Shown piece by piece: positions 1 through 14,464 of a DNA stretch of 64,000 bases; the first letter of the stretch is position 1, and each line of letters begins with the position of its first letter. Both the position numbers and the translations under genes were made by a program. A model generated the notes under the pieces. It was not told the origin of the DNA, did no database searches, and saw nothing but the letters and a program-made list of their open reading frames with translations. The DNA comes from Escherichia coli (GTDB lineage Bacteria; Pseudomonadota; Gammaproteobacteria; Enterobacterales; Enterobacteriaceae), in assembly GCF_016026235.1 (NCBI RefSeq), contig NZ_CP065613.1. One strand, written 5' to 3'.

Positions 1-222
1 TGTCGCGGTTAAACCACTCTTTCGATAGGATCACCGTAATATTGCCGGATGGTGACGATTACGCGCGATTCGGCAATAATACGTTACAGTGTCACGTTTT
101 TTTATCTCTTAAAGCACGCACTGCTTTTGCGGCTGGCCTCTTTTGCCGCAAAATAGTCGCCCGTGTTTCATTGCCCATTTCTGCTCATGCATCATCTACA
201 CATCTATCCGGATCTGCGCACT

Positions 223-1479
223 ATGTTCCGCCGTCTGCTTATCGCAACAGTCGTCGGTATTCTCGCGGCCTTTGCCGTTGCCGGGTTTCGTCATGCGATG
301 CTGCTACTGGAGTGGTTGTTCCTCAATAATGACTCGGGCAGTCTGGTCAATGCAGCGACAAATCTTTCCCCGTGGCGACGGCTGCTAACTCCGGCGCTCG
401 GCGGACTGGCGGCGGGTTTGTTGCTGATGGGCTGGCAGAAATTTACCCAGCAACGCCCTCATGCGCCGACCGATTATATGGAAGCGTTGCAAACCGAGGG
501 TCAGTTTGATTACGCAGCAAGCCTGGTTAAATCGCTTGCCTCTCTGCTGGTAGTAACCAGCGGTAGTGCAATTGGTCGCGAAGGTGCGATGATTCTTTTA
601 GCTGCCCTTGCCGCCTCCTGTTTTGCCCAACGTTTTACGCCACGCCAGGAGTGGAAATTATGGATCGCCTGTGGGGCCGCGGCGGGAATGGCTGCAGCCT
701 ATCGCGCCCCGCTTGCTGGCAGTTTATTTATAGCCGAAGTGCTGTTTGGCACTATGATGTTGGCCTCTCTCGGCCCGGTGATTATTTCCGCCGTCGTGGC
801 ATTGCTGGTTAGCAATCTGATTAATCATAGCGACGCGTTACTCTACAGCGTACAACTCTCAGTGACGGTTCAGGCTCGTGACTATGCGCTGATTATCAGT
901 ACAGGTGTGCTGGCAGGTCTGTGCGGACCACTGTTGTTAACGTTAATGAACGCCTGTCATCGTGGATTTGTGAGTCTCAAACTTGCGCCGCCCTGGCAAC
1001 TGGCACTAGGCGGGTTGATCGTGGGTTTGCTTTCCCTGTTCACACCTGCAGTGTGGGGCAACGGCTATAGCACCGTACAATCCTTTTTAACCGCCCCGCC
1101 ACTGTTAATGATCATTGCCGGGATCTTCCTTTGTAAACTGTGTGCCGTGCTGGCGAGTAGCGGTTCCGGCGCACCCGGTGGTGTCTTTACACCGACGCTA
1201 TTTATCGGTCTTGCCATTGGCATGTTGTATGGTCGTAGCCTAGGATTATGGTTCCCTGATGGCGAAGAAATTACGCTTTTACTCGGATTGACCGGGATGG
1301 CGACACTGTTGGCGGCAACCACGCACGCGCCGATTATGTCGACGTTGATGATATGTGAAATGACCGGGGAGTATCAGCTACTCCCCGGTTTATTGATTGC
1401 CTGCGTAATTGCGTCGGTAATCTCGCGGACGTTACACCGTGACTCTATCTACCGCCAGCACACTGCGCAGCATAGCTAA
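223..1479 (+). CDS. clcB: ClC-family voltage-gated chloride channel / H+-Cl- antiporter
   Basis: ORF 163..1479; ClC-like membrane protein; start moved to internal Met (MFRRLL...) giving 418 aa, the K-12 ClcB length as I recall; gene order clcB-ynfK-mlc matches K-12. Confidence 0.85.
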   Translation: MFRRLLIATVVGILAAFAVAGFRHAMLLLEWLFLNNDSGSLVNAATNLSPWRRLLTPALGGLAAGLLLMGWQKFTQQRPHAPTDYMEALQTEGQFDYAASLVKSLASLLVVTSGSAIGREGAMILLAALAASCFAQRFTPRQEWKLWIACGAAAGMAAAYRAPLAGSLFIAEVLFGTMMLASLGPVIISAVVALLVSNLINHSDALLYSVQLSVTVQARDYALIISTGVLAGLCGPLLLTLMNACHRGFVSLKLAPPWQLALGGLIVGLLSLFTPAVWGNGYSTVQSFLTAPPLLMIIAGIFLCKLCAVLASSGSGAPGGVFTPTLFIGLAIGMLYGRSLGLWFPDGEEITLLLGLTGMATLLAATTHAPIMSTLMICEMTGEYQLLPGLLIACVIASVISRTLHRDSIYRQHTAQHS

Positions 1480-2127
1480 GCGGATGTATTGCCCCAGTTC
1501 ACGCTGTTCGGCGCGCGGCAGATAAGGCAGTTCACCAATGAGCGGTGCCGGAAGTTTTTTACCGAGCACATCAATGATTTCCGCATAATGCGCCAGTCCT
1601 GGGTTGATTCGGTTAGCCACCCAGCCAATGAGCGGCAGCCCGTCGTTGGCAATCGCCTGAGCTGTTAGCAGTGCATGGTTAATGCAACCTTCCTGAATAC
1701 CGACAACCATCAACACCGGCAGTTGTTCCTGCACCACCCATTCAGAGAGTGGACGCAAATCATTCATCAGACTGCGCCAGCCGCCAGTCCCTTCTACCAC
1801 GACATGATCGACTTTTTCGGTCAGGTTTGCCAGGCCGTTTGAAATGAGGGTGTAATTGATTGGGCAACTGTGCGCCACGCTACTTTCTTCTTCGCTTAAC
1901 GCGATAGGATTAACTGCTTCATAAGGCAGTTCGATGGTTGAAACACTCTGCAACACCAGGGCATCTTTATTACGCAGCCCTTCGGGTGTCTCTTTGCTCC
2001 CCTTCGCTACGGGTTTATATCCCGCAACCGTTTTTCCCTGGGAGGCTAACGCTTGTAGCAATGCGCGGGAAACCACCGTTTTCCCTACAGAAGTGTCTGT
2101 ACCGGTAATAAAGAAACGTTTCAGCAT
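1432..2127 (-). CDS. ynfK: dethiobiotin synthetase paralogue (BioD-like)
   Basis: ORF 1432..2139; P-loop motif GTDTSVGKT near N-terminus; start set at MLKRFF (231 aa). Confidence 0.8.
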
Positions 2128-2251
2128 CACTAACTCCACCGTTATGCTTCACAAATATAAACCAGCAAGATAATTAATCTTGAAAGTCTAAGTTATGCTT
2201 TCCTGGCCCAAATTGAGATAGCGCAAATTTTGGTAGAACAGTTAAAAAATG

Positions 2252-3472
2252 TTAACCCTGCAACAGACGAATCAACAAAGAACCGTTATACATCGCGTCT
2301 TTTACCAGCGCAGCGCCTGCCATCGTACCCTGGTTAGAAAACTGAGTACTCTCAACGCTAATGTGCTGACTATACGCAGGAAGGGCCTGCTGACGGATGC
2401 TATCTGAGATGACCGGGAAGAGGATATCTGCAGCTTTACTTAACGGTGAGCCAATCAGTATTTTTTGTGGGTTAAATAAATTCACCATGATGGCAAGAAT
2501 GCGCCCGACATGCGCGCCTACCCCGGTAATGATGTCTTTTGCCAGTAGATCGCCACGCAATGCCGCCTGACACAATGAGTCCACGGTTAACGGCTGTCCA
2601 TGTAACATCGAGCTCATGGATTGATTGAGACGCAGCTGTGCCAGCTCAAGAATACTGTCCACACTGGCGATGGTTTCGAGGCAGCCGTGGTTCCCGCAAT
2701 AACAGCGTTTACCATATGGGTCTACCTGTGTGTGACCTATTTCCACGAGGCTACTGCTGCCTGCGTGTAGCAGATGACCATCGGTAATGACGCCCGCCCC
2801 CACGTTGTGATCGATAACCACCTGAATCACATCGCGCGCCCCGCGTGAGGCACCAAACAAGGCCTCTGCCATCGTCCATGCGCTGATATCATGCTGTATA
2901 TAAACCGGAACGCCGGTATGCTGCTCCAGAGCCTCGCCGAGCGGCATCTCTTTTACATCCTCGTAGAACGGCATGCGATGTACAATGCCATTTTCCGTAT
3001 CAATAATTCCCGGCAGGGTTATGGCAATCGAAGTTAGACGCTCAAGTTTTTTCTGGTGGCGGATAAAAAACTGATCGATATGGGAAATGATACGATCCAG
3101 CAATGGCGAGTCATCTTTTAACGCCAGTTCCTGCGACTCTTCCACCACCAGTTTGCTGCTCAGATCGCGCAGAGCAAGGAAAATCTCCCCGCGACTAATG
3201 CGCAGAGAAAGATAGTGCCAGGCTTCAGTTTCAACCACCAGCCCCACCGCCGGACGGCCACGGTTCCCCGCTTCTTTGATTTCCAGCTCTTGCACCAGGT
3301 GTGCTTCGAGCATCTCACGGACAATTTTAGTGATACTGGCAGGAGCCAGCTGCGCCAGACGGGAAAGATCGATACGCGAGACTGGACCAAGCTGATCAAT
3401 CAGGCGATAAACCGCGCCCGCGTTGGTCTGCTTTATTTGATCAATGTGCCCAGGCTGGTTTTCAGCAACCAC
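2252..3472 (-). CDS. mlc: ROK-family transcriptional repressor Mlc (DgsA)
   Basis: 406-aa ORF; NagC/ROK-like protein with C-terminal Cys/His cluster (CYCGNHGC); position between ynfK and ynfL. Confidence 0.88.
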   Translation of the reverse strand: MVAENQPGHIDQIKQTNAGAVYRLIDQLGPVSRIDLSRLAQLAPASITKIVREMLEAHLVQELEIKEAGNRGRPAVGLVVETEAWHYLSLRISRGEIFLALRDLSSKLVVEESQELALKDDSPLLDRIISHIDQFFIRHQKKLERLTSIAITLPGIIDTENGIVHRMPFYEDVKEMPLGEALEQHTGVPVYIQHDISAWTMAEALFGASRGARDVIQVVIDHNVGAGVITDGHLLHAGSSSLVEIGHTQVDPYGKRCYCGNHGCLETIASVDSILELAQLRLNQSMSSMLHGQPLTVDSLCQAALRGDLLAKDIITGVGAHVGRILAIMVNLFNPQKILIGSPLSKAADILFPVISDSIRQQALPAYSQHISVESTQFSNQGTMAGAALVKDAMYNGSLLIRLLQG

Positions 3473-3606
3473 CGCATACTCCCTATATTTTCGCGCTCCG
3501 AAATAATCTGTAGGCTATGGTGAAGCACTTCAATACGTGTCGTCAAATTTTTACTTAGGCATGTGATTAACAGCACATTTTTCGGGCTTTTTCGCTGAAA
3601 TTTCCC

Positions 3607-4500
3607 TCACCTGAGAGCATTCAGCAGATGAATACGAAAGTTACGCGCAGCTGGACTTTGTTCATGATGTTTCGGCCAGACCAACCACATTTCAGAAACC
3701 GCATCCTCTTCAGCAATCGGCACCCAGCGCATTTCGTTGAGCTGAACACGTTTAAATGACGCAGGCAAAATTGAAACACCCAGACCGGCGGAAACCAGAC
3801 CGATGATGGTCATTGCCTCGCCCACCTCCTGAGTGATGACGGGCGTCAAATGGTAACGTCGCATCAGCCCGAGAATATCGTCATACAGCCCTGTCCCGAC
3901 GTGCGGATCAAAAAAGACAAAGGGTTCTTTCGCCAGTTCAGCCAGCGTTACATTCGGGTTATTTGCCAGGGGATGATCGTGCGGGATCATCGCCATAAGC
4001 GGTTCATGGACGATGACTGCGTGTTCAAGCGTCTCCGGTAACGCTGTGTTACGCAGCAATCCCATATCCAGCGTTCCTTCAATGAGCGGAGCGATTTGCT
4101 CGCGAGTGTTCATTTCGCGGGTTTGTAAATGGACATCGGGATAATCTCGGCGAAACAGCGATAACGTATCGGACACCGCCCGAATAAAAGGAGCCGACGA
4201 AGTAAAACCAATGCGCAACTCCCCCGCTTCACCCTGATGCAGTCTTTCAGCGCGAGCGGCAGCGTCATCCACCATAGACAGGATTTGCCGACTATCTGCA
4301 AGAAACTGTTTTCCTGCTGCCGTCAGCAATACACTGCGATTGGTTCGTGCCAGCAGTCGGGCACCAATTTGTTGCTCCAGCGCCTGAATCTGCTGACTTA
4401 GCGGCGGTTGCGAAATATTCAGGCGGGCAGCGGCGCGCCCGAAATGCAGCTCTTCCGCAACAGCAACAAAGTAACGCAGATGACGAAGTTCAATATTCAT
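3607..4500 (-). CDS. ynfL: LysR-family transcriptional regulator
   Basis: 297-aa ORF; N-terminal LysR HTH (LRHLRYFVAVAEELHFGRAA); divergent from ynfM. Confidence 0.85.
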   Translation of the reverse strand: MNIELRHLRYFVAVAEELHFGRAAARLNISQPPLSQQIQALEQQIGARLLARTNRSVLLTAAGKQFLADSRQILSMVDDAAARAERLHQGEAGELRIGFTSSAPFIRAVSDTLSLFRRDYPDVHLQTREMNTREQIAPLIEGTLDMGLLRNTALPETLEHAVIVHEPLMAMIPHDHPLANNPNVTLAELAKEPFVFFDPHVGTGLYDDILGLMRRYHLTPVITQEVGEAMTIIGLVSAGLGVSILPASFKRVQLNEMRWVPIAEEDAVSEMWLVWPKHHEQSPAARNFRIHLLNALR

Positions 4501-4606
4501 ATTTAAAACATCTTATTTGAGATTATTAATATATTAGACAGAACAATTCGATTTTCCTAACCTATGTATAAGCCTGATCCACAGGCATATTTAGCAAGGA
4601 TTTCAA

Positions 4607-5860
4607 GTGAGCCGTACTACAACTGTTGATGGCGCTCCGGCAAGCGACACTGACAAGCAAAGCATTTCTCAGCCAAATCAATTTATTAAACGCGGTACGC
4701 CGCAATTTATGCGCGTCACCCTGGCGCTGTTCTCTGCCGGACTGGCAACATTTGCACTTCTCTATTGTGTGCAGCCTATCCTTCCGGTGCTTTCGCAGGA
4801 GTTTGGCTTAACGCCCGCGAACAGTAGTATTTCACTGTCCATTTCCACGGCGATGTTGGCTATTGGTTTGCTGTTTACTGGCCCCCTATCCGATGCCATT
4901 GGTCGCAAACCAGTGATGGTCACGGCGCTACTGTTGGCCTCCATTTGTACGTTACTTTCGACAATGATGACCAGCTGGCACGGCATTTTGATTATGCGCG
5001 CCTTGATTGGGCTTTCGTTAAGTGGCGTGGCAGCTGTTGGCATGACTTATCTTAGCGAGGAAATCCACCCCAGTTTCGTGGCCTTTTCGATGGGGTTGTA
5101 TATCAGCGGCAACTCAATTGGCGGCATGAGCGGACGCTTAATTAGCGGTGTCTTCACGGACTTTTTCAACTGGCGAATTGCTCTGGCGGCTATCGGTTGT
5201 TTCGCGTTAGCCTCGGCGTTGATGTTCTGGAAAATCCTCCCGGAATCACGCCATTTTCGCCCGACTTCGCTGCGACCTAAGTCGTTGTTTATCAACTTTC
5301 GTCTGCACTGGCGTGACCGGGGATTACCGTTATTGTTCGCAGAAGGCTTTTTGCTGATGGGGTCGTTCGTCACGCTGTTTAATTACATCGGCTATCGGTT
5401 GATGCTCTCCCCCTGGCATGTCAGTCAGGCCGTGGTTGGCTTATTATCGCTGGCTTATTTGACCGGTACATGGAGCTCCCCCAAAGCCGGAACCATGACC
5501 ACCCGCTATGGGCGTGGTCCAGTGATGTTGTTTTCGACGGGGGTTATGCTGTTTGGTTTACTGATGACCTTATTCAGCTCGCTGTGGCTGATCTTTGCCG
5601 GAATGTTACTCTTCTCAGCCGGATTCTTCGCAGCCCACTCAGTAGCCAGCAGCTGGATCGGCCCCCGCGCAAAACGCGCTAAAGGCCAGGCCTCCTCGCT
5701 GTATCTGTTCAGTTACTATCTGGGGTCGAGTATTGCCGGGACGCTGGGTGGTGTTTTCTGGCATAACTATGGCTGGAACGGCGTCGGCGCATTTATTGCT
5801 CTGATGCTGGTCATTGCTCTGCTGGTCGGGACGCGTTTGCATCGTCGTCTGCACGCCTGA
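4607..5860 (+). CDS. ynfM: MFS transporter
   Basis: 417-aa ORF; multi-TM hydrophobic profile; divergent pairing with LysR regulator ynfL. Confidence 0.85.
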   Translation: MSRTTTVDGAPASDTDKQSISQPNQFIKRGTPQFMRVTLALFSAGLATFALLYCVQPILPVLSQEFGLTPANSSISLSISTAMLAIGLLFTGPLSDAIGRKPVMVTALLLASICTLLSTMMTSWHGILIMRALIGLSLSGVAAVGMTYLSEEIHPSFVAFSMGLYISGNSIGGMSGRLISGVFTDFFNWRIALAAIGCFALASALMFWKILPESRHFRPTSLRPKSLFINFRLHWRDRGLPLLFAEGFLLMGSFVTLFNYIGYRLMLSPWHVSQAVVGLLSLAYLTGTWSSPKAGTMTTRYGRGPVMLFSTGVMLFGLLMTLFSSLWLIFAGMLLFSAGFFAAHSVASSWIGPRAKRAKGQASSLYLFSYYLGSSIAGTLGGVFWHNYGWNGVGAFIALMLVIALLVGTRLHRRLHA

Positions 5861-5863
5861 AAA

Positions 5864-5902
5864 ATAAGTCCGGACTGCGGTAAATACCCGTCCGGACTTA
5901 TT
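5864..5902 (+). terminator. stem-loop immediately downstream of ynfM stop (putative terminator)
   Basis: Inverted repeat taagtccggac ... tccggactta read directly after the ynfM stop; no strong T-run, so only a possible terminator. Confidence 0.4.
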
Positions 5903-6166
5903 GCCTGCTCAAACCAACGTTAATAGCCATCCTAAAATAGACGAAGCGCCAGCCAATTCCCGCAGCGCGTCTAGCGTCATCAGGATTATAAGTACCCAAA
6001 TAAACGGATTCATTTTGCTGTGTGTCATTTATTACTGATGCGCAGTTATTCTACCGCTTTGTAAGTAGTAAAATAGTTAACCCGATCAAGACTACTATTA
6101 TTGGTAGCTAAATTTCCCTTAAGTCACAATACGTTATTATCAACGCTGTAATTTATTCAGCGTTTG

Positions 6167-6180
6167 TACATATCGTTACA
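6167..6180 (+). promoter_or_regulatory. RstA box upstream of asr
   Basis: Sequence TACATATCGTTACA fits the RstA box consensus TACATNTNGTTACA as I recall it; lies ~115 bp upstream of the asr start; asr is a known RstA/PhoB-controlled acid-induced gene. Confidence 0.5.
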
Positions 6181-6283
6181 CGCTGAAACCAACCACTCAC
6201 GGAAGTCTGCCATTCCCAGGGATATAGTTATTTCAACGGCCCCGCAGTGGGGTTAAATGAAAAAACAAATTGAGGGTATGACA

Positions 6284-6592
6284 ATGAAAAAAGTATTAGC
6301 TCTGGTTGTTGCCGCTGCTATGGGTCTGTCTTCTGCCGCCTTTGCTGCAGAGACTGCGACCACACCTGCTCCGACTGCGACGACCACCAAAGCAGCGCCG
6401 GCGAAAACTACACATCATAAAAAACAGCATAAAGCAGCACCTGCCCAGAAAGCGCAGGCGGCTAAAAAGCATCATAAAAATACGAAAGCTGAACAGAAAG
6501 CCCCTGAACAAAAAGCGCAGGCAGCGAAGAAACACGCCGGGAAACACAGCCATCAGCAACCGGCAAAACCTGCTGCACAACCCGCAGCGTAA
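6284..6592 (+). CDS. asr: acid shock protein Asr (periplasmic, Lys/Ala/His-rich)
   Basis: ORF 6257..6592; signal peptide [21 protein letters not shown] followed by a low-complexity K/A/Q/H-rich region; start set at MKKVLAL (102 aa). Confidence 0.85.
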   Translation: MKKVLALVVAAAMGLSSAAFAAETATTPAPTATTTKAAPAKTTHHKKQHKAAPAQKAQAAKKHHKNTKAEQKAPEQKAQAAKKHAGKHSHQQPAKPAAQPAA

Positions 6593-6684
6593 GTTTTCAA
6601 CAGTAATGCTGGCGCGCCCCCTCGCGCCTGAAAATTACGGTGCTAAGCGGGTAACGTTTAGCACCGCCTTTAGCGGAGGGTAGT

Positions 6685-6768
6685 ATGGTGGGCCGTTATC
6701 GCTTTGAGTTCATTCTTATCATCCTTATTTTATGCGCACTGATTGCCGCCCGTTTTTATCTTTCCTGA
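6685..6768 (+). CDS. ydgU: small hydrophobic protein (27 aa)
   Basis: ATG...TGA read from the sequence: MGRYRFEFILIILILCALIAARFYLS; below the 60-aa cutoff of the ORF track; matches the K-12 small protein YdgU at this position from memory. Confidence 0.6.
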   Translation: MVGRYRFEFILIILILCALIAARFYLS

Positions 6769-6867
6769 CTGTAGTTATCTGATTTTACTCCCACTTTCAT
6801 CCCGTCCCGTCTATAGTATTTATGAGGGTTTGCTTTTAATAATCATAATTACCCACCAGAGTGTGAT

Positions 6868-7689
6868 ATGCGTACAACCATTGCTGTAGTGTTGGGTGCA
6901 ATTAGTTTGACGTCTGCTTTTGTGTTTGCAGATAAACCAGACGTTGCCAAATCGGCAAACGATGAGGTCAGCACCCTGTTTTTTGGTCATGATGATCGTG
7001 TGCCAGTGAATGACACGACCCAATCACCGTGGGATGCGGTTGGGCAACTGGAAACGGCCAGCGGCAATTTATGTACGGCGACGCTGATTGCACCCAATCT
7101 GGCATTAACGGCAGGACACTGTTTATTGACACCTCCAAAGGGTAAAGCCGATAAAGCAGTGGCGCTGCGTTTTGTGTCAAATAAAGGTCTTTGGCGCTAT
7201 GACATCCACGACATAGAAGGCCGCGTTGATCCGACACTGGGAAAGCGGTTAAAAGCAGATGGGGATGGTTGGATTGTACCTCCCGCAGCCGCGCCGTGGG
7301 ACTTCGGATTGATTGTGCTACGTAATCCCCCTTCTGGCATTACGCCGTTGCTGTTATTTGAGGGAGATAAAGCCGCGCTTACCGCCGCATTAAAAGCGGC
7401 AGGTCGTAAAGTGACTCAGGCAGGATACCCTGAAGATCATCTCGATACGTTGTACAGTCATCAAAACTGTGAAGTGACTGGCTGGGCGCAAACGTCGGTG
7501 ATGTCACATCAGTGCGATACCTTGCCGGGTGACAGCGGTTCGCCTCTGATGTTGCATACCGATGACGGCTGGCAATTAATTGGGGTGCAAAGTTCGGCTC
7601 CTGCCGCGAAAGATCGCTGGCGCGCCGATAACCGGGCCATTTCTGTTACCGGTTTTCGCGACAAGCTGGATCAACTGTCGCAAAAATAA
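6868..7689 (+). CDS. ydgD: secreted trypsin-like serine protease
   Basis: 273-aa ORF; N-terminal signal peptide; motifs TAGHC (His) and GDSGSPL (Ser) typical of the chymotrypsin fold. Confidence 0.85.
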   Translation: MRTTIAVVLGAISLTSAFVFADKPDVAKSANDEVSTLFFGHDDRVPVNDTTQSPWDAVGQLETASGNLCTATLIAPNLALTAGHCLLTPPKGKADKAVALRFVSNKGLWRYDIHDIEGRVDPTLGKRLKADGDGWIVPPAAAPWDFGLIVLRNPPSGITPLLLFEGDKAALTAALKAAGRKVTQAGYPEDHLDTLYSHQNCEVTGWAQTSVMSHQCDTLPGDSGSPLMLHTDDGWQLIGVQSSAPAAKDRWRADNRAISVTGFRDKLDQLSQK

Positions 7690-7727
7690 TGTTCAAACGC
7701 TGCCCGACAGCGCGGGCAGCGTGTTCA

Positions 7728-8057
7728 TCAGGCAAGTTTCACCATGATCATTCCAGCCAACAGCAAGACCAGGCCAATCCAGCCTTTACGATTTAACCGT
7801 TGACCAAACAAGATCCAACCTGCGGCTAACGTGGCGGCAATACCAAACCCGCCCCACAATGCATAAGCGACAGACAAGTCGATCCCTTTAACGGCTTGAG
7901 AAAGCGCACTAAAGGCAGCCAGCACCGCCGCCAGGGAGAGCAAGCCAAATATTTTGCGACGAAAGCCGTCAGAAAATTTCAAAAAGACGTTAGCAACGAT
8001 TTCCAGCACGATTGCCAATGCCAGCCAGGCGGCGTGAACCCATTCAAACTGCGCCAT
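7728..8057 (-). CDS. mdtI: SMR-family spermidine exporter subunit
   Basis: 109-aa four-TM small multidrug resistance protein; overlaps the upstream mdtJ stop. Confidence 0.85.
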
Positions 8058-8409
8058 GGTTCACCTCCAGTTCAGGTTTACGCGCTTTACGGGTACCTGA
8101 TTTTATCAACACAATCCCGGCGACCAGGGTGGTTAACCCGGCAATTTTCATCAGCGATAAACTTTCGTCGAATAACAAAACGCTAAACAAGGTAATAAAT
8201 AAAATACCGATACCTTCCCACAGCGCATAAGCTACGCCTAAGGCGATTTTTTTAACGGCGAAAGAGAGAAATATATACGACAGAGAAATCATCACCAGCA
8301 TTAAAATAAAGCCGCCATTTCCCTCACTGACGCTCGCCCATTTCATGGACAGCGTACCGGTAATTTCTGTAGCAATAGCCAGACCTAATAAAATCCAATA
8401 AATATACAT
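8044..8409 (-). CDS. mdtJ: SMR-family spermidine exporter subunit
   Basis: 121-aa SMR protein paired with mdtI in one operon. Confidence 0.85.
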
Positions 8410-8820
8410 TGTCCTTCTCCTGCAAGAGAATTATTTTAATTTTCGCTTAATTCAGCGAAACCAAAGTAAAGTGGTCAAGCCCCGCGCTTAGCGCAAGCTT
8501 TGGCAGAAGAAAGGACTAAAGCGCGTTGCGCCAGTGCTGCTCACCTACGAGCAAGATAGTGGATGAGGTACGAAGATGGGTAAATGTAGAAAATAACGTC
8601 CTGAACAAATTGTCCATAATATTACAATTATCCGCAGTGTTGCTTCTCGTCATCGCGGATGATAATTGTCCTCGGTAGTTGAACACGCCTGATTTGTATC
8701 ATAGCTTAAGAATTAACTCAAAATATTTTCACTTCTTTACCTGAGCGGTTTGATTTTCGTTATGATGATGGAGCGAAAAAGACATTATTATTAGCAAAGG
8801 AAGAAAAAACGGGGACAAGC

Positions 8821-9855
8821 ATGGCAAAGCCGATCATCACGCTCAATGGCCTAAAAATCGTCATTATGTTGGGAATGCTGGTCATTATTCTCTGCGGTAT
8901 CCGTTTTGCCGCCGAGATCATCGTGCCGTTTATTCTCGCATTATTTATTGCTGTTATTCTTAACCCGCTGGTGCAACACATGGTCCGCTGGCGAGTGCCG
9001 CGTGTACTGGCGGTGTCGATTTTGATGACCATCATCGTGATGGCTATGGTGTTGCTGTTAGCTTATCTGGGTTCCACGCTCAACGAGTTGACGCGGACGT
9101 TACCGCAATATCGCAACTCTATTATGACGCCGCTGCAAGCTCTTGAGCCGTTGTTGCAACGCGTAGGGATTGACGTCTCAGTTGACCAACTGGCGCATTA
9201 CATTGATCCGAACGCGGCGATGACGTTGCTCACCAACTTATTGACGCAGTTATCTAATGCCATGTCATCAATATTTTTATTGCTGCTGACGGTGCTGTTT
9301 ATGCTGCTCGAAGTGCCACAATTGCCCGGAAAATTTCAGCAAATGATGGCGCGTCCGGTTGAAGGGATGGCGGCGATTCAGCGTGCGATTGACAGTGTGT
9401 CTCATTATCTGGTGCTGAAAACAGCCATCAGCATCATCACCGGCCTGGTCGCATGGGCGATGCTCGCCGCCCTCGATGTTCGCTTCGCTTTTGTCTGGGG
9501 ATTGCTGGCCTTTGCACTTAATTACATCCCTAATATTGGTTCAGTTCTCGCGGCAATCCCCCCTATCGCTCAGGTACTGGTATTTAATGGCTTCTACGAA
9601 GCGTTGCTGGTGCTGGCGGGATATCTGCTGATTAATCTGGTCTTCGGCAATATTCTGGAGCCGCGCATCATGGGGCGTGGGCTGGGTCTTTCCACATTGG
9701 TGGTATTTTTGTCGTTGATTTTTTGGGGATGGTTGTTAGGACCGGTGGGTATGCTGCTTTCCGTGCCGTTGACAATTATTGTCAAAATTGCGCTTGAACA
9801 AACAGCGGGAGGTCAAAGCATCGCCGTTCTGTTAAGCGATCTCAATAAAGAGTGA
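8821..9855 (+). CDS. tqsA: AI-2 exporter family membrane protein (TqsA/YdgG)
   Basis: 344-aa polytopic membrane protein; K-12 synteny between mdtJ and pntB. Confidence 0.85.
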   Translation: MAKPIITLNGLKIVIMLGMLVIILCGIRFAAEIIVPFILALFIAVILNPLVQHMVRWRVPRVLAVSILMTIIVMAMVLLLAYLGSTLNELTRTLPQYRNSIMTPLQALEPLLQRVGIDVSVDQLAHYIDPNAAMTLLTNLLTQLSNAMSSIFLLLLTVLFMLLEVPQLPGKFQQMMARPVEGMAAIQRAIDSVSHYLVLKTAISIITGLVAWAMLAALDVRFAFVWGLLAFALNYIPNIGSVLAAIPPIAQVLVFNGFYEALLVLAGYLLINLVFGNILEPRIMGRGLGLSTLVVFLSLIFWGWLLGPVGMLLSVPLTIIVKIALEQTAGGQSIAVLLSDLNKE

Positions 9856-9879
9856 CGGCCTCCGCAGAGGCCGTCAGGG

Positions 9880-11271
<1,392 letters not shown>

Positions 11272-11278
11272 TTACCCC

Positions 11279-12874
<1,596 letters not shown>

Positions 12875-13334
12875 TCATGTACGAGCTAAATGTTACTCCG
12901 TTAAAATAAATTAGTAACAAACGCCCTATAACGTACTGAAAATTATGCCTGTGATCTAGCGCCAAAAATGAGTATTTCGGCGTGAACTCGCAAAATATTA
13001 ACGATTCAGCCGTGATAGTGGGATAAACACCTTAGAACGCCGGATAAAGACTGATAATTGTCTTCGACGGTCGGGTAAAACGAGACATCGCCCCGGCACG
13101 ATTCACTACTTAACATTAAATTAACTTATACAATTCAGTTGCTTCAGTAGTAATGATGCTGACACGGCTGTTTTTTAAGCATAGACGGTCATTTGAGCAG
13201 GATTAAAATTGGCTTAAGGAATGTGATATGAAAAATGACGCAGACAGTTACACCGTTTAAATGCAATAATCAGCCACGTTTCTCGTTAATAACAATACCA
13301 GTACCTGGTTTGCGCAAGGCGAAGGATTATTTTT

Positions 13335-14279
13335 ATGAAGCTTAAGAACACCCTCCTGGCGTCGGCACTGCTTTCTGCTACGGCATTCTCCGTTAACGCA
13401 GCAACAGAACTGACACCGGAGCAAGCGGCAGCGGTTAAACCTTTTGACCGTGTAGTGGTTACCGGTCGTTTTAATGCTATTGGCGAAGCGGTGAAAGCCG
13501 TTTCTCGTCGCGCAGATAAAGAAGGTGCCGCCTCTTTTTATGTTGTCGACACTTCTGATTTTGGTAACAGCGGTAACTGGCGTGTGGTCGCTGACCTCTA
13601 TAAAGCCGATGCTGAAAAAGCAGAAGAAACAAGTAATCGCGTAATTAACGGTGTTGTCGAACTGCCGAAAGATCAGGCTGTTCTGATTGAACCGTTTGAC
13701 ACGGTCACCGTCCAGGGCTTCTATCGTAGCCAGCCAGAAGTCAATGATGCCATCACCAAAGCAGCAAAAGCGAAAGGTGCCTACTCTTTCTACATTGTTC
13801 GTCAAATCGATGCCAACCAGGGCGGCAACCAGCGTATTACTGCATTCATCTATAAAAAAGATGCTAAGAAACGTATCGTCCAGAGCCCGGATGTGATCCC
13901 GGCAGATTCCGAAGCAGGACGTGCAGCTCTGGCTGCCGGTGGCGAAGCCGCGAAGAAAGTTGAGATCCCAGGTGTTGCGACTACCGCATCACCAAGTTCT
14001 GAAGTCGGTCGTTTCTTTGAAACCCAGTCATCAAAAGGCGGACGTTACACTGTCACGCTTCCTGACGGCACTAAAGTCGAAGAACTGAACAAAGCGACAG
14101 CAGCGATGATGGTCCCGTTCGACAGCATCAAATTCTCTGGCAACTACGGCAACATGACCGAAGTCTCCTATCAGGTTGCGAAACGTGCCGCGAAGAAAGG
14201 TGCTAAGTATTACCACATCACCCGCCAGTGGCAGGAACGTGGTAATAACCTGACCGTCAGCGCAGATCTGTATAAATAA
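13335..14279 (+). CDS. ydgH: periplasmic protein of the YdgH/BhsA/McbA family (three DUF1471 repeats)
   Basis: 314-aa ORF with signal peptide and three internally repeated domains. Confidence 0.8.
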   Translation: MKLKNTLLASALLSATAFSVNAATELTPEQAAAVKPFDRVVVTGRFNAIGEAVKAVSRRADKEGAASFYVVDTSDFGNSGNWRVVADLYKADAEKAEETSNRVINGVVELPKDQAVLIEPFDTVTVQGFYRSQPEVNDAITKAAKAKGAYSFYIVRQIDANQGGNQRITAFIYKKDAKKRIVQSPDVIPADSEAGRAALAAGGEAAKKVEIPGVATTASPSSEVGRFFETQSSKGGRYTVTLPDGTKVEELNKATAAMMVPFDSIKFSGNYGNMTEVSYQVAKRAAKKGAKYYHITRQWQERGNNLTVSADLYK

Positions 14280-14298
14280 CTATTCAATTACTCCTATG

Positions 14299-14328
14299 AG
14301 GCGGCTTGATGCCGCCTTTCGCATTTTT
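14299..14328 (+). terminator. Rho-independent terminator downstream of ydgH
   Basis: Hairpin aggcggc-ttgat-gccgcct followed by a T-rich tract (ttcgcattttt). Confidence 0.6.
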
Positions 14329-14464
14329 AGTCACAAATTTCCCCGCGACCATTGCATGCAGACACATCTCTTCGTAAAATCCCGCGCTTCAGTGGCAAAC
14401 TCCATTTTTATGCGTTTTGCCCTAATATTTATTCTTCTTATCACGTTTTAATCACTGGATATCG

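Noticed and set aside
6296-6683. Overlapping ORFs (125 aa on plus, 94 aa on minus) across asr
   Set aside because: These are alternative-frame readings of the low-complexity Lys/Ala/Gln-rich asr coding sequence; asr itself has a signal peptide and the correct context.
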